A stretch of DNA of 63,484 nucleotides, the filler included, from Saprolegnia diclina VS20 (Eukaryota): the NCBI RefSeq assembly GCF_000281045.1. It is 5 parts of 2 records of this genome, joined end to end, with 100 filler letters (N's around TTAATTAATTAA, not from the genome) between each part and the next. Parts side by side here need not be neighbours in the genome. Positions count along the whole stretch, not along the records: positions 1 to 19,498 come from NW_008246076.1; positions 19,599 to 42,606 come from NW_008246076.1; 3 more parts are not named here. One strand, given 5' to 3'. Below are positions 10,068 to 21,439 of the stretch, piece after piece. Within the stretch, counting starts at the first letter, position 1, and each line of letters starts with the position of its first letter. A program made the position numbers and the translations under genes. The notes beneath the pieces are model-generated. The model was not told the origin of the DNA. It made no database searches and worked only from the letters and a program-made list of their open reading frames with translations.

Positions 10068-13000
10068 ATGGCAGCGCCGGCCAAGAAGCACCGCCGAGAG
10101 GGCGAGAAGGTGTGGTGCCCCGACCCGCGCAACGTCTGGCAGCTGGGCTCGATCGTCGAGGACGACGGCGAGTCGCTCTTCGTGCTCACGCCCGACGACA
10201 ACGAGGAGCACAAGTTTGCAGTGACGCAGACGCACCCGTTCGACGTCTCACACGCCCAGCTCTTGCCCAACGTCTCGGACATGGACAACCTCCACGAAGC
10301 GCCTTTGCTCGACCTGCTCCGGCGCCGTTACGAGCAGGACCTCATCTACACGTTCACGGGCGACATCCTCATTAGCATCAACCCGTACAAGAACATCCCG
10401 CTTCTCTACAACTTTCCCGAGATCGACTCGCTGAGCAAGCAAGAGAACCCGGCGCCGCACGTGTTTGTGACCGCCGACGGCGCGTACCGTGCGCTCCAGA
10501 AGGACGGCAAGTGCCAATCGATCCTTGTCTCGGGCGAGTCGGGCGCCGGCAAGACCGAGGCCTCCAAGTACATCATGCGGGTACGCCCTAGCTCTTAGCT
10601 GCAACCGAGGTCACTCATGCGTGCTGCACTAGTACTTGGCCAACATTAGTCAGTCGGGGAAAGGCGCGGCGGCGGCCAACGGCGGCGGGTCGTCGGTCGA
10701 GCAGTGCGTCTTGCAGAGCAACCCGCTGCTGGAAGCCTTTGGTAACGCCAAGACGATCCGCAACGACAACTCGAGGTACGTCTTTCGACGTGCGAGTCGA
10801 GCAATCTACTATATATTGATATATCGCTAGTCGATTTGGCAAGTTTATCAAGATCAACTACAACCGCAACGGAACGATTTCGGGAGCGAGCACGAGTCAT
10901 TTTTTGCTCGAAAAGTCGCGTATTGTGGGCTGCGCCGAGAACGAGCGCAACTACCACATCTTTTACCAGATCTGCTCGGGCTTGTCGGCCGACGAGCGAG
11001 GTAGAAATGATATCTTATCTGCATTTTTTGACAAATGCTTGGATGCAATAGCCGCCTTGTTCATCACCAAGGCCGAAGACTACGAGTTCCTCAACCAAGG
11101 CAACTGCATCACGGTCCCCGAAGTCAACGACAAAAAGTGCTTCAAGGAGCTCGTCGACGCCATGGCGATCATGGGCATCGATGCCGAGACCAAGCGCACG
11201 ATCTTTGCGCTTGTCGCGGCCGTCATGCACATGGGCAACCTTCGCGTACTGTCTCTCTCCAAGCTGTGGACTAAACGACTATGATCTTAGTTTACGGAAA
11301 ACGCCAAGATGGAAGCGCAGTGCGCCGACATGAACCAAGTCAACCAGCTCGCGTCGCTCATGAAGGTCGCGCCCAAGGACCTCCAGTTTGCGCTCTGCAT
11401 GCGCACGATGAGTGCGGGCACCCGGTACAGAGTTGGTTGCACACCAATGCGATATACCAACACGTGCAATGTGTAGTGGGAGTGTCGCGGAGATCGCGCT
11501 GTCGGCCGTCGACGCCATCAAGTCGCGCAACGGTCTCGCCAAGGCCATCTACTCGGCGCTCTTTGATTGGCTCGTCGACCGTATCAACGCGGCGACGGCG
11601 CAGATCACGGGCGCGTCGACCGAGCGCGTCATGGAAGGATCGCCCGGGCGGTTCATTGGCATTCTCGATATCTTTGGGTTTGAGATTCTCCAAGCCAACT
11701 CGTTCGAGCAGCTCTGCATCAACTACACCAACGAGATGCTCCAACAGCAGTTCAACGAGCACGTCTTCGTGTACGAGCAAGAAGTGTACGTCGAAGAGGG
11801 CATCGACTGGTCCAAGCTCTCGTTTCAAGACAACATTCCGTGCCTCGAGCTCATTGAGAAGAAGCCGCTCGGTATTCTCATCCTCCTCGACGAGCAAGCG
11901 ATGCTCGGTCGCCGCGGGTCGGATGAAAAGTTCATTCAAAAGCTCCATCAGACCCACGAGAAGCACCCAAACTACATCAAGCCGCGCTTTGGCAACGAGC
12001 AGTTCATCCTCAAGCACTACGCCGGCCAAGTCACGTACAACGTCGCGGGCTTCCTCGACAAGAACAACGACTCGCTCCACAACGACCTCATCGAGCTCAT
12101 GAACAGCAGCCAGCTCGAGCTCCTCAAAGTCCTCTTTGCGGCGCCGGCGCCTGCGAAGGACGAAGGCCCAAAACTCAAGCGCGCGTCGATGACCAAGATG
12201 ACGGGGACGATGACGGTCGGCCGCAAATTTCGCGAGCAAATGGCCGAGCTCATGGCGCAGCTCCACACGACGCAGCCGTCGTTCGTGCGCTGCGTCAAGC
12301 CCAACAACATTCGATTTCCGACCGGGTGGAACGCCGAGCTCATTTTGAACCAGCTCATCTACCTCGGTGTCATGGAAACGGTGCGCATTCGCCGGTCGGG
12401 CTTTCCTGTGCGCCGAACGTTCGACGAGTTTGTCGACAAGTACAAGCTCCTCGAGAAGGTCTACTCGGTGCGCGCCAAGAAGGTCGCTAGTACCAACAAG
12501 GAGAAATGCGAGGTCCGCGCTTCGATCCTGCTGCCGACCATACCTCAATTTCGATTGTAGATGATTCTGAGCCAAGCGCTCCAGCGTGAAAACTGGCAGC
12601 TTGGCCACAAGAAGGTCTTTATGCGCGACTCGCAGCTCCGCGTGCTCGACGCTGTCGTGCGCAAGGTGCGCATCGACGCTGCGATTACCCTTCAAAAGTA
12701 TGCGCGCCGTCAACTCGCGCGCAAACGGTACGCATCTTTCAACTTGACACATTGATACAACACGAGGAACATGCAATAGGTACACCAAGCAGCGCAAGGG
12801 CATTATCGCGCTGCAGGCGCTCGTGCGCATGCACCAAGCCCGCACTCGGTTTGTCATTCTGCGCCGCCGCATCACGTGCCTCAACTCGCACGTCCGCAAA
12901 TGGCTTGCGCGCCGCCGTTTCCTCGGCATCCGCAAGGCCATTATCCGCGTCCAGGCCCGCGTCCGTGGTCGCCGCGCGCGCAAGGTACTGTTTTGCACAG

Positions 13001-16000
13001 TATCAAGGTATCAAATTGACGCGGCATGTAGCTTGTTGCGTACATGCGGGCGGCGCCCAAGGCCGCGACGACGATCGGCAAGCACATGCGCCGGTACCTC
13101 GCCCGCAAGCACTTTTTGCATGCCAAGGCGAGCGCCACGCGCATTCAGAGCGTCGTCCGCATGCACCTCGCGCGCACGCGCTTTGTGCGGCTTCGGAAGG
13201 CCATGATTCTCCTCTCCAAGAACATCAAGCGCTTCCTCAAGCGTCGCCACTACAAGCGCATGCAAGTCGCGGCGCTCGCTCTCCACGCCGTCGGCCGCGG
13301 GTTCCTTGCGCGCCTCAAGTATGGCAAGAAGGCGCGTCTCCGTGCGCAACTCCGAGCCCGCGCGCAGACCACGATCGCGCGGTATATTTTTTCGAATATT
13401 TTTGTAGTTTGTGCTGATACATTGATACAATAGCATGGTGCGCGGGTACCTCGGACGGCTGCACTACCGCCACGCCAAGCATTTGATTGTGATTGTGCAA
13501 GCCCGTGTGCGCGCCAACCGCGTGCGGACCGCGTACCTCCAGGGCCGCCAAGCGACCATCAACTCGCAGGCTATGATCCGCCGGTCGCTTGCGCGCCGCA
13601 AGTTTCTGAAGGAGAAGCGCATGGCCACGCGTCTCTGTGCGTTTGGTCGCATGATCATTGCGCGCCGCCAGTACCTTCTGGCCAAACGCCGGATCGTGCT
13701 CGTCCAGTCGCTCGTGCGCCGGTACCTCCAGGGCAAGCAGTACGTCCAAACACGATTATCTATTTCTTTTGCGATAATTAAATGTCTAGCTATCGCAACA
13801 TTCGCAAGCAGTTTGTCAAGATCCAAGCGTGCTGGCGCCGGAAGCAGTGCGTCGCCCAGTACCAAAAGTCGCGCCACGCCATCATTGTCATCCAGTCGTT
13901 CGGCCGCATGATCCCGGCGCGTCGACAGCTCCTCACGTCGCAGGCGGTACGTACAACAAACGGTCCGACGACATCTGAGGACGATGGATAGGCGGTGACG
14001 CGCTTGGCGTCAGTGGTGCGCATGTTCCTCGCGCGCAAGGCATATCTTCGCAACAAGCAGCGCATCGTAGCCATTCAAGCGGTCGCGCGGCAGTGGATGG
14101 CCCGGAAGCGCTACGTGGTGACGCGCCAGCGCATCATTCGTGTCCAGGCACAGATCCGGTCGCGTACGTTCCGTGTCTCTTTTGCGTATTCGACTAACTA
14201 AACGGCGACTAGTCTTGGCCCGCAAGGTCATGGACAAGCAGCGCCGGGGCATGATGCGCGTGATTCTTGTCATCAAGAAGTACCTCGCGCGCATCCGCCT
14301 CCAAAAGAAGATCAAGTTGATGTTTGCGGCCGCCCAAGCGTTCGATTTGACGACCATTTTGCGCCTCAGTCAGGACAAGGACATCCCCAACTCGACGCTC
14401 GTGCGCGGTATGCTAATGTGCTTGTGTCGACAAACGACATGACAATATTTCCATCATCTAGTGCGCGACAAGAGCAACTACATGCGGTCGCTCGTGCACA
14501 TTGCCGCTATCAACTGCGACTTGAATCTCGCCCGCTTTGTGCTTTCCGAGATTCCCAACATGGAGGACCAAGTCATCTCCAAGGACACGCTTGGCAACAC
14601 GCCACTGCACTACGCGGCGCGCCTCGCGCATCTCGACATGGTCAAGCTCCTCGCCAAGATCGCCAACCGCATCCAAGCACCGCCGCCGGCGCCGACACCG
14701 AATTCGAGCCCTGTGGGCGCGTCGCCCGCCAACAGCAAGGACCAGTCGCCGGACGCCATGCTGCGCAAAAACTCGAGCTTTGGGACACCGCGGTCGCCGG
14801 GCCTTCGGTCGCCGTCGATCGGCGGCATCATGGGGGGCGCCGTGCCGCCGACGCCGCAGCAAAAGAACAACCGCCGGAAGCTCGTGTCGAGTGCATCGCA
14901 GATGCCGACCATGTCCGCAGCGCCGATCGAGCTCCCACCGGGTACGCTCGCGTCGACAGAGTCGGGAAAACTCAGATTTTGTTGCATCTAGATACGACCA
15001 AGGTGATCAAGGCGGGTCCGTTGCGCATGGCCAGCGGCGCCAAGATGGCGTCCAAGCGTCACGTTGTCCTCGACCCGGTCGCGATTTCGGCGTACAAGAC
15101 GGCCAACGACCGCGTACGTCACATTTTGTCATGGCCATTGGTTCCACTGTGTATTGTGCTAGATTCCGGTCAAGATCCTCGAGCTTGGCGACGCCACACT
15201 CCGCCGCGCGTCAACGATCGAGCATTGCTTTGAGATCATTTCTCCGCGGCTCAAGAGCCACACCAACCTCACGGGCGTGCTCTCGTTCGTCGCCGACACG
15301 GAGGCCGAGGTGCACGAGTGGATGCTGGCGCTGCGCGAGGTTTTTTATTATTTTTCCGGAATTTCAGCGCTCATTTGTCTACTTGAATTAGATCAACGGG
15401 ATGCGCATCGCGACGACCGTGCCGCCCAACCACAACATGATTTGCATCGACATGCTCCAGCGCAAGGAGTTTGTCAACTGCCAAAACAACCACCACGAGG
15501 CGCCGTTGCACCTCGCCGTGCAAAACTCGGAGGACGAGGGGTTCGAAGCCGTCAAGACCGCGGTCTGGCTCATTGAGAATGACGCCGACATCAACGCCAA
15601 GGACACGCTCGGCAACACGCCGCTGCACTACGCCGTCATCCAGGAGCGCGACGACCTCATCGAAAGTCTCCTCAAGAAGGGCGCGCTCACCACGATCCGC
15701 AACAACGCGGGCGACATGCCCGTGGACCTCGCCAACGACGAGTCGATGCGCGAGCTATTTGTCCCTGGCGCCGTCGTCGCCGTACGAAGCATTGGTTTCA
15801 TTTGATGTCTTATCGGTATATATGTAGGTTCCCGCAGACCGCAGCTTGCTCCCGCGGCCGTCGGGGTCGCTCAAGGTGCGCGACGGCACGTACGTCTCGG
15901 TGCTGCTGAGCGCTGTCGCGATTGCGGGCGGCGTCATGCAGACGCCCCACTTTCGCATCTACTCGATGGACCCGCGCCGCGCGGTGGTCGACACGCCGCA

Positions 16001-16307
16001 GACGACGCCGGATGCGCTCATCCAGGACGGCCCGAGCCTTTGGTTTGGCAACACGTGGCATCTCCAGGTGCCGCTGGAGCACATGACGGAAGGCTGCGTC
16101 GCGGTGTTTGAGCTGCTTCGGTACGACTACCACACGGACGGCCCCGAAGTGTTTTGCTGGACGTTCTTCCGCTTGGATCTGAGCAAGATCACGAGCGCGC
16201 CGTTGACGTTCGAAATGTACTCGCCGCCCGTGGACCCGTACAGCCAGATCCTTGCCCGCATGCCTGGCGACTCGTTCTTCCAGGCCGAGCTCAACATCTC
16301 GTTGTAG
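10068..16307 (+). CDS. Myosin heavy chain, class XXXI-type: SH3-like N-term, motor, very long IQ neck, ankyrin-PH-ankyrin, C-terminal Aida/C2-like domain
   Basis: P-loop [34 protein letters not shown] and DIFGFE motifs. Many IQ-like IQxxxRxxxxR repeats (~12660-14310). Ankyrin repeats GNTPLHYAA and GNTPLHYAV flank a PH-like [16 protein letters not shown]. Confidence 0.93.
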
Positions 16308-16539
16308 TTGGGTGCAGATACGACGTGGTCATCTCTTAAATAGCTATGTTTGACATATGGACAAGTTGTCTGCTTTCAAAAAACAAATCAGGGCGCCAGG
16401 TAGAAGGTTGCGGTGACGAGCCATTCCTCGTCGACTACTTCCGCAAGTTGAAGTTGAAGTTCAATTCCCGTCCATTAAATGCTATGGATGAATTCGACCA
16501 AGAAAGTTAGTTCATCAAGGGAACGAGTAAACTCTCGAG

Positions 16540-18389
16540 TTAGATACACCATATCGACGGCTTGCTAGGTCGCTGGATCTCCCAGCCCTTTTGGAGCGGC
16601 GCGATTGCGCTCACGAAGAGAGGCGACGCCGACTTCCTGACGCGGATCGCAAGCGCCGGGTCCGACGCATTGCAGTCGAGACTGCTGAGCAAACTGAGTC
16701 GAATCTTCTGCACCACCTCGTCGTCACGGTAGCAGAACACAAAGACGTCGGCACTGCGCATGCTAATCGTCGGGCAGTTCTTGTAGCGCGGGTTCGACTC
16801 AAAGACAGCGTAGACCGTGCCCCCGAGGTTCGTCTCGGGGCCACGCAGCAGTTGCTGTGAGCTTTTCTGGAGCTTTTCAAGAAACCCGAACACAAGTCGG
16901 CTCTTGACGCTGTTGTAGCGCTGGCTACTATAGTCGGCGAGCGTCCGTGGTGTTTGCGACTTGCCTTGGAAGCCTACACGCGACGATCAGCAACCTTCAG
17001 TGGGGCAAGAGACAACGAACCGCAATAGAACCGCGGTGCTATGAAGCCATAACACAGAGGAAGGCTCCCGATGAGCAGCGTGTACATGGCACACCCGGGC
17101 GCGAGCTCGTTTTGCTCGGCGACAAGAGTCGGCGGCGCGAGGCATGCGAAGGTCCACTGATACAAGAGCGCAAGGAAGCCGACGTTGCCGCTGAGCCACG
17201 AGACGAGCGGGCCGTAGATTGCGACCGCGACCGCCAGCATGGTCGGGTCGACCTCGGCAAATGCATGCTCGAGGCGGCAGCGCTTGAGAAAGGAGGACGT
17301 GAGGCCCAAGGCGCAGTAGGCAAACCACACCTACGCCAACACTTTTGCTGTGTATTCGAATGACAATATGTCCGTACTGTCCGCGAGAGATAGATAAACG
17401 TAAGCAACAAGATCGCCGTGTCGCTGTTCTGAGTCGCGCGCAGGACGGCAATCCCGACGCTGCTCGTGCTCATCCACATGTCGACCACAAACGCAAACGC
17501 GATCGTGGGGTCGAGGAGGATGATGGCCGTCGGGTCGCCAAGGAGGAGGTCGTAGCGATGCGCCTCGTCGAGTCCCGGGCGGTGGCCGCGCGAGACAAGC
17601 GTGCGCTCCAAAGCGACGCAGTGGGCGTAATACCGCGCCCACATGCGGTGGACGACGAGGAGCGTAATGCCGCAACGGTACACCAACTTGATCCAGAGCC
17701 ACAGAAAAAAGCGCTCGCTCGTAAACGCAAAGCTGAGTGTGAGCTTCTGCGGCGCCTCGGGATCCCCGTGGACGGCGTCGCCCGCGTCCAGCCAGACGCA
17801 GACGTGGCCAATCTCGACGCTGCAAAACCGGCTGTGGAAGCACGAGCCGCGGCCGTCCCAGTCGGCTGCGTTTGGTGCATTGGCAGCCGCAAGCGCGCAC
17901 ACCATGTCCATTTGATGGGGTAGATAGTAGATGAGTCCTGGAAACCCCAAGACAAACGAAGAAACGCACTCGGAGCGGTCCATCGCGCGGTGGTTGGTGA
18001 GGTTGATGGCGTGCCGGACGACTTGCGCGCCGCGGTGATCGTCGCTAAAGTACGTCGTGCCGTTGGGAATCGTGAGTGCGTTGTAGTAGGCTCGGTTGGC
18101 TGCGAGCGTGGCCGCGTTGAAAGCCGAGTAGTTGGCGAAGCGCTCGTCCGGTGGCGGAGCACGAAAGCTCGGTAATGGCTCCGTGAGGTAGGCTTTCATG
18201 GGCTATGAAAGAAGAGTCTAGTGTCACACAGTATGTAGGCAGGTCTACCATGGAGGCTATGTTGACAACCATGACAACACTGAGAAGGAATGCGATCGGC
18301 TGCCTCCGCACGGCAAATCGCGGTGGGAGACTGAAGCGCGGGCCCTTGACCGCGACCATGGTCATGCTCTCGCGCTTGAACGTCTTCAT
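16540..18389 (-). CDS. Uncharacterised multi-pass membrane protein family, paralog 1 (appears intact, 3 introns)
   Basis: Shares motifs NxxSM|PMKAY, GHxCVW, WxKxxYR, GDPT, YLSR|VWxAY, EHxFxxxDPT, GGxV and terminal WC[IL]* with the three genes at 36.7-42.6 kb. Confidence 0.85.
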
Positions 18390-18525
18390 CCTGGTATCTG
18401 TTTTGTTTTCTCTGAATATGGCGGGAATAGGTGAAAACATTCCTATCTATAAAAAGGCCCGTGCGACTAATTTAGGCGCTAGCTTCCACCCTTGACACAG
18501 TTTGCCGTCATTCGGCGGTAACGAA

Positions 18526-18836
18526 CCTACTTCCTCATTACATTTAACATCAATTGCGAATTATCGCCGCTGGTCCGACTTCCTCGCTACGTGCGTGCGA
18601 TGTTGCGAGATGAGCATGCTGACATGGCCGCACAGCTGCCTCACGCGGTGACGACCCAAGAGTGGAACTACGGGCCTGTGATCACACTGCGCGGCGATGA
18701 CTTGTATCGCTCGGCAAACGGCACCGGATTTCTCCCGGGTGCCCCCGCCGTGCCCCCCAACTACCACGTGCACCTCGCGACGACGATCGCCGGGGCGATC
18801 CAAATGGCAAGGCTGGACGCAGTCGCGTACTCGTAG
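18526..18836 (+). pseudogene. Possible gene remnant with one canonical 45-nt intron
   Basis: GTGCGT...CTGAC...CAG at 18591-18635 joins in-frame coding-like sequence (...LPRY|LPHAVTTQEWNYGPVITLRGDDLY...AVAYS*). There is an in-frame stop and no ATG upstream. Confidence 0.3.
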
Positions 18837-18993
18837 CCACATTGTGCAGAGTTGACCACTCGTACAAAGACAAAACACTTGCATAATAACTGTCATTTCC
18901 CAAGTGAATCCACTTTTCTCTACAGTGAAAGGCGGGACCCATGTCGTGGGACCCAAATCAAGGGTCAGGACCGAGGTAGCTTTGCGGACGGAC

Positions 18994-19498
18994 GAAGCAT
19001 TCGCAGCTGGAGTGAGTCGTACGACATGGCGATTGAGAGATGGAGATTTTGAGATTGAGATCTCAGGATTGAGATTGTAAGGTGGAGCTTTTTCTCCTTG
19101 AAAGACAGCGTCCGAGAGTCCACTCGAGGGCGAACGCAGTGGACACTTGCATCAACCAAGAGACTGGATGAAGCAGCTCGGTATGTACAAGTATAGTATT
19201 TTGTGCAAGCATTGGCAACGACTTTCGCCTTTAGCAGATTTATAATGACGTAGTCGTTGGCATCACAAGTTAACTACGCATACTAGAAGAATGGACGACT
19301 GCCAAGCCTTACGCGAGCCGATGAAAATGGGAGATCCAACACCGAGCATGAATGGCAGCGTCCAAGGTAGCGCTCGTGCATCGAGTTGGAGGCCGTCGAC
19401 GTTGCTTCACGAGTCCATCGCGATCGCCCGCATCGCACGGTCTCTTCAAGTCGGCTGCTTGCTCGACGATCCAAGACGACACTCGTGTGCGTTCTGTA
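18994..19498 (-). repeat. ~500-bp repeat, copy B (truncated by scaffold end)
   Basis: Reverse complement of 353-855. Confidence 0.95.
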
Positions 19499-19598
19499 NN
19501 NNNNNNNNNNNNNNNNNNNNNNNNNNNNNNNNNNNNNNNNNNTTAATTAATTAANNNNNNNNNNNNNNNNNNNNNNNNNNNNNNNNNNNNNNNNNNNN
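19499..19598. other. Artificial scaffold-joining spacer (44N-TTAATTAATTAA-44N)
   Basis: Exactly 100 bp with a six-frame stop linker; recurs four times in the window. Confidence 0.98.
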
Positions 19599-21133
19599 GC
19601 CATGCACGCCAGCGTCAAGAAGGCCCACAAGGTCGCCAAGGTGGCCAAGAAGCGCGCCTACCGCAAGGGCGCCAAGCAGACGGCGGCGTGCGATGGCACG
19701 CAGGTCAGTGTCCTCGGCGACGCCACGTACTGCGTCCAGGGCAGCGCGTGCTCGGGCTCGTCCAAGGCTGGTGTCTGCCCCTTGGCGAGTTCCGCGCCCA
19801 TTGCCGACTGCGTACCGGGCATTGTGTCCTTTGATCCGTCGACGCAGACGTGCTCGCTGCCGGCCGACGCGACGTGCACGGACCTCGGCAACGGCGCCTT
19901 CGGCTGCGTACTTGAAGAGAAGACCCCTGCGCCGACGACCGCAAGCAACGAGACGGGCGATTTTGGGTGCGCGGATACGGAAGTGAGCGTTCTCGGGGAC
20001 GCTACGTACTGCATCCAGGGCAACGCATGCTCGGGCTCGTCCAAGGCCGGCGCTTGCCCCTTGGCGCAGTCGACAGCCCATGCCGACTGCGTGCCCGGCA
20101 TCCCGTCCTACGACCCGATCTCGAAGACGTGCACGCTCACCGACGACACCGAGTGCTCGGACCTCGGCAATGGTGCTTTTGGGTGCGTTCCAGTTGCTCT
20201 GCCGACTCTNNNNNNNNNNNNNNNNNNNNNNNNNNNNNNNNNNNNNNNNNNNNNNNNNNNNNNNNNNNNNNNNNNNNNNNNNNNNNNNNNNNNNNNNNNN
20301 NNNNNNNNNNNNNNNNNNNNNNNNNNNNNNNNNNNNNNNNNNNNNNNNNNNNNNNNNNNNNNNNNNNNNNNNNNNNNNNNNNNNNNNNNNNNNNNNNNNN
20401 NNNNNNNNNNNNNNNNNNNNNNNNNNNNNNNNNNNNNNNNNNNNNNNNNNNNNNNNNNNNNNNNNNNNNNNNNNNNNNNNNNNNNNNNNNNNNNNNNNNN
20501 NNNNNNNNNNNNNNNNNNNNNNNNNNNNNNNNNNNNNNNNNNNNNNNNNNNNNNNNNNNNNNNNNNNNNNNNNNNNNNNNNNNNNNNNNNNNNNNNNNNN
20601 NNNNNNNNNNNNNNNNNNNNNNNNNNNNNNNNNNNNNNNNNNNNNNNNNNNNNNNNNNNNNNNNNNNNNNNNNNNNNNNNNNNNNNNNNNNNNNNNNNNN
20701 NNNNNNNNNNNNNNNNNNNNNNNNNNNNNNNNNNNNNNNNNNNNNNNNNNNNNNNNNNNNNNNNNNNNNNNNNNNNNNNNNNNNNNNNNNNNNNNNNNNN
20801 NNNNNNNNNNNNNNNNNNNNNNNNNNNNNNNNNNNNNNNNNNNNNNNNNNNNNNNNNNNNNNNNNNNNNNNNNNNNNNNNNNNNNNNNNNNNNNNNNNNN
20901 NNNNNNNNNNNNNNNNNNNNNNNNNNNNNNNNNNNNNNNNNNNNNNNNNNNNNNNNNNNNNNNNNNNNNNNNNNNNNNNNNNNNNNNNNNNNNNNNNNNN
21001 NNNNGCGGCGGTGCTTGCGACCAAGAAGAGCCGTGCGCCGGCGGTGGCGTCGGTCTTGCAGGACGAGGCTGCTGAAGAGGTGGCCGCTGTCAAGACGCAG
21101 GACGACGATGCGGACGTCGAGGTGTTGGTCTAA
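19599..21133 (+). CDS. Oomycete Cys-rich repeat surface protein (Car/mucin-like family); partial, interrupted by gap 20210-21004
   Basis: Two tandem ~74-aa modules (19689-19910, 19968-20189): VSVLGDATYC.QG.ACSG....G.CP......DC.PG..S.D.....C....D..C.DLGNGAFGCV. Acidic C-terminus after the gap. Confidence 0.75.
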
Positions 21134-21439
21134 GCAGCTGCGCGCTATCCCTCACCAGGCCCCATGTCAACTTGTATATGCTTGCATCCCGTCGTAACGT
21201 GATAATTCAATGCAATTGCTTCTCGATACTTGCAGCAGGCCACGTCCGCGCACCCGCGGCCATCAGAGCCATCAGAACTCGTTGTGCTAAGTGGGCGTCT
21301 TGCCAACGGATGATTGGCTATCGGAAAATACGCGACGCGGATTGGCTAAAATATCGAATTCCGTCGTCGAGCGGCTGGGATTGGCTGAAAAGATCGGCCT
21401 GGGAATAGATTGCATTTTGGTGGGAAACCCCAGGCCATA

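Noticed and set aside
11358..12998. Long antisense ORFs (546 aa here; also 1372-2481, 42709-43821, 51204-52697)
   Set aside because: They are shadows of GC3-rich coding sequence on the opposite strand and have no motifs of their own.
18965..19027. MSYDSLQLRMLRPSAKLPRS resembling a dUTPase N-terminus
   Set aside because: A stop follows immediately, none of the five dUTPase motifs appear, and copy A has a deletion here.
19543..19554. TTAATTAATTAA palindrome, repeated at 42651, 58402 and 61644, as a biological motif (e.g. piggyBac TTAA site)
   Set aside because: Always centred in exactly 44+44 Ns; it is an assembly linker.
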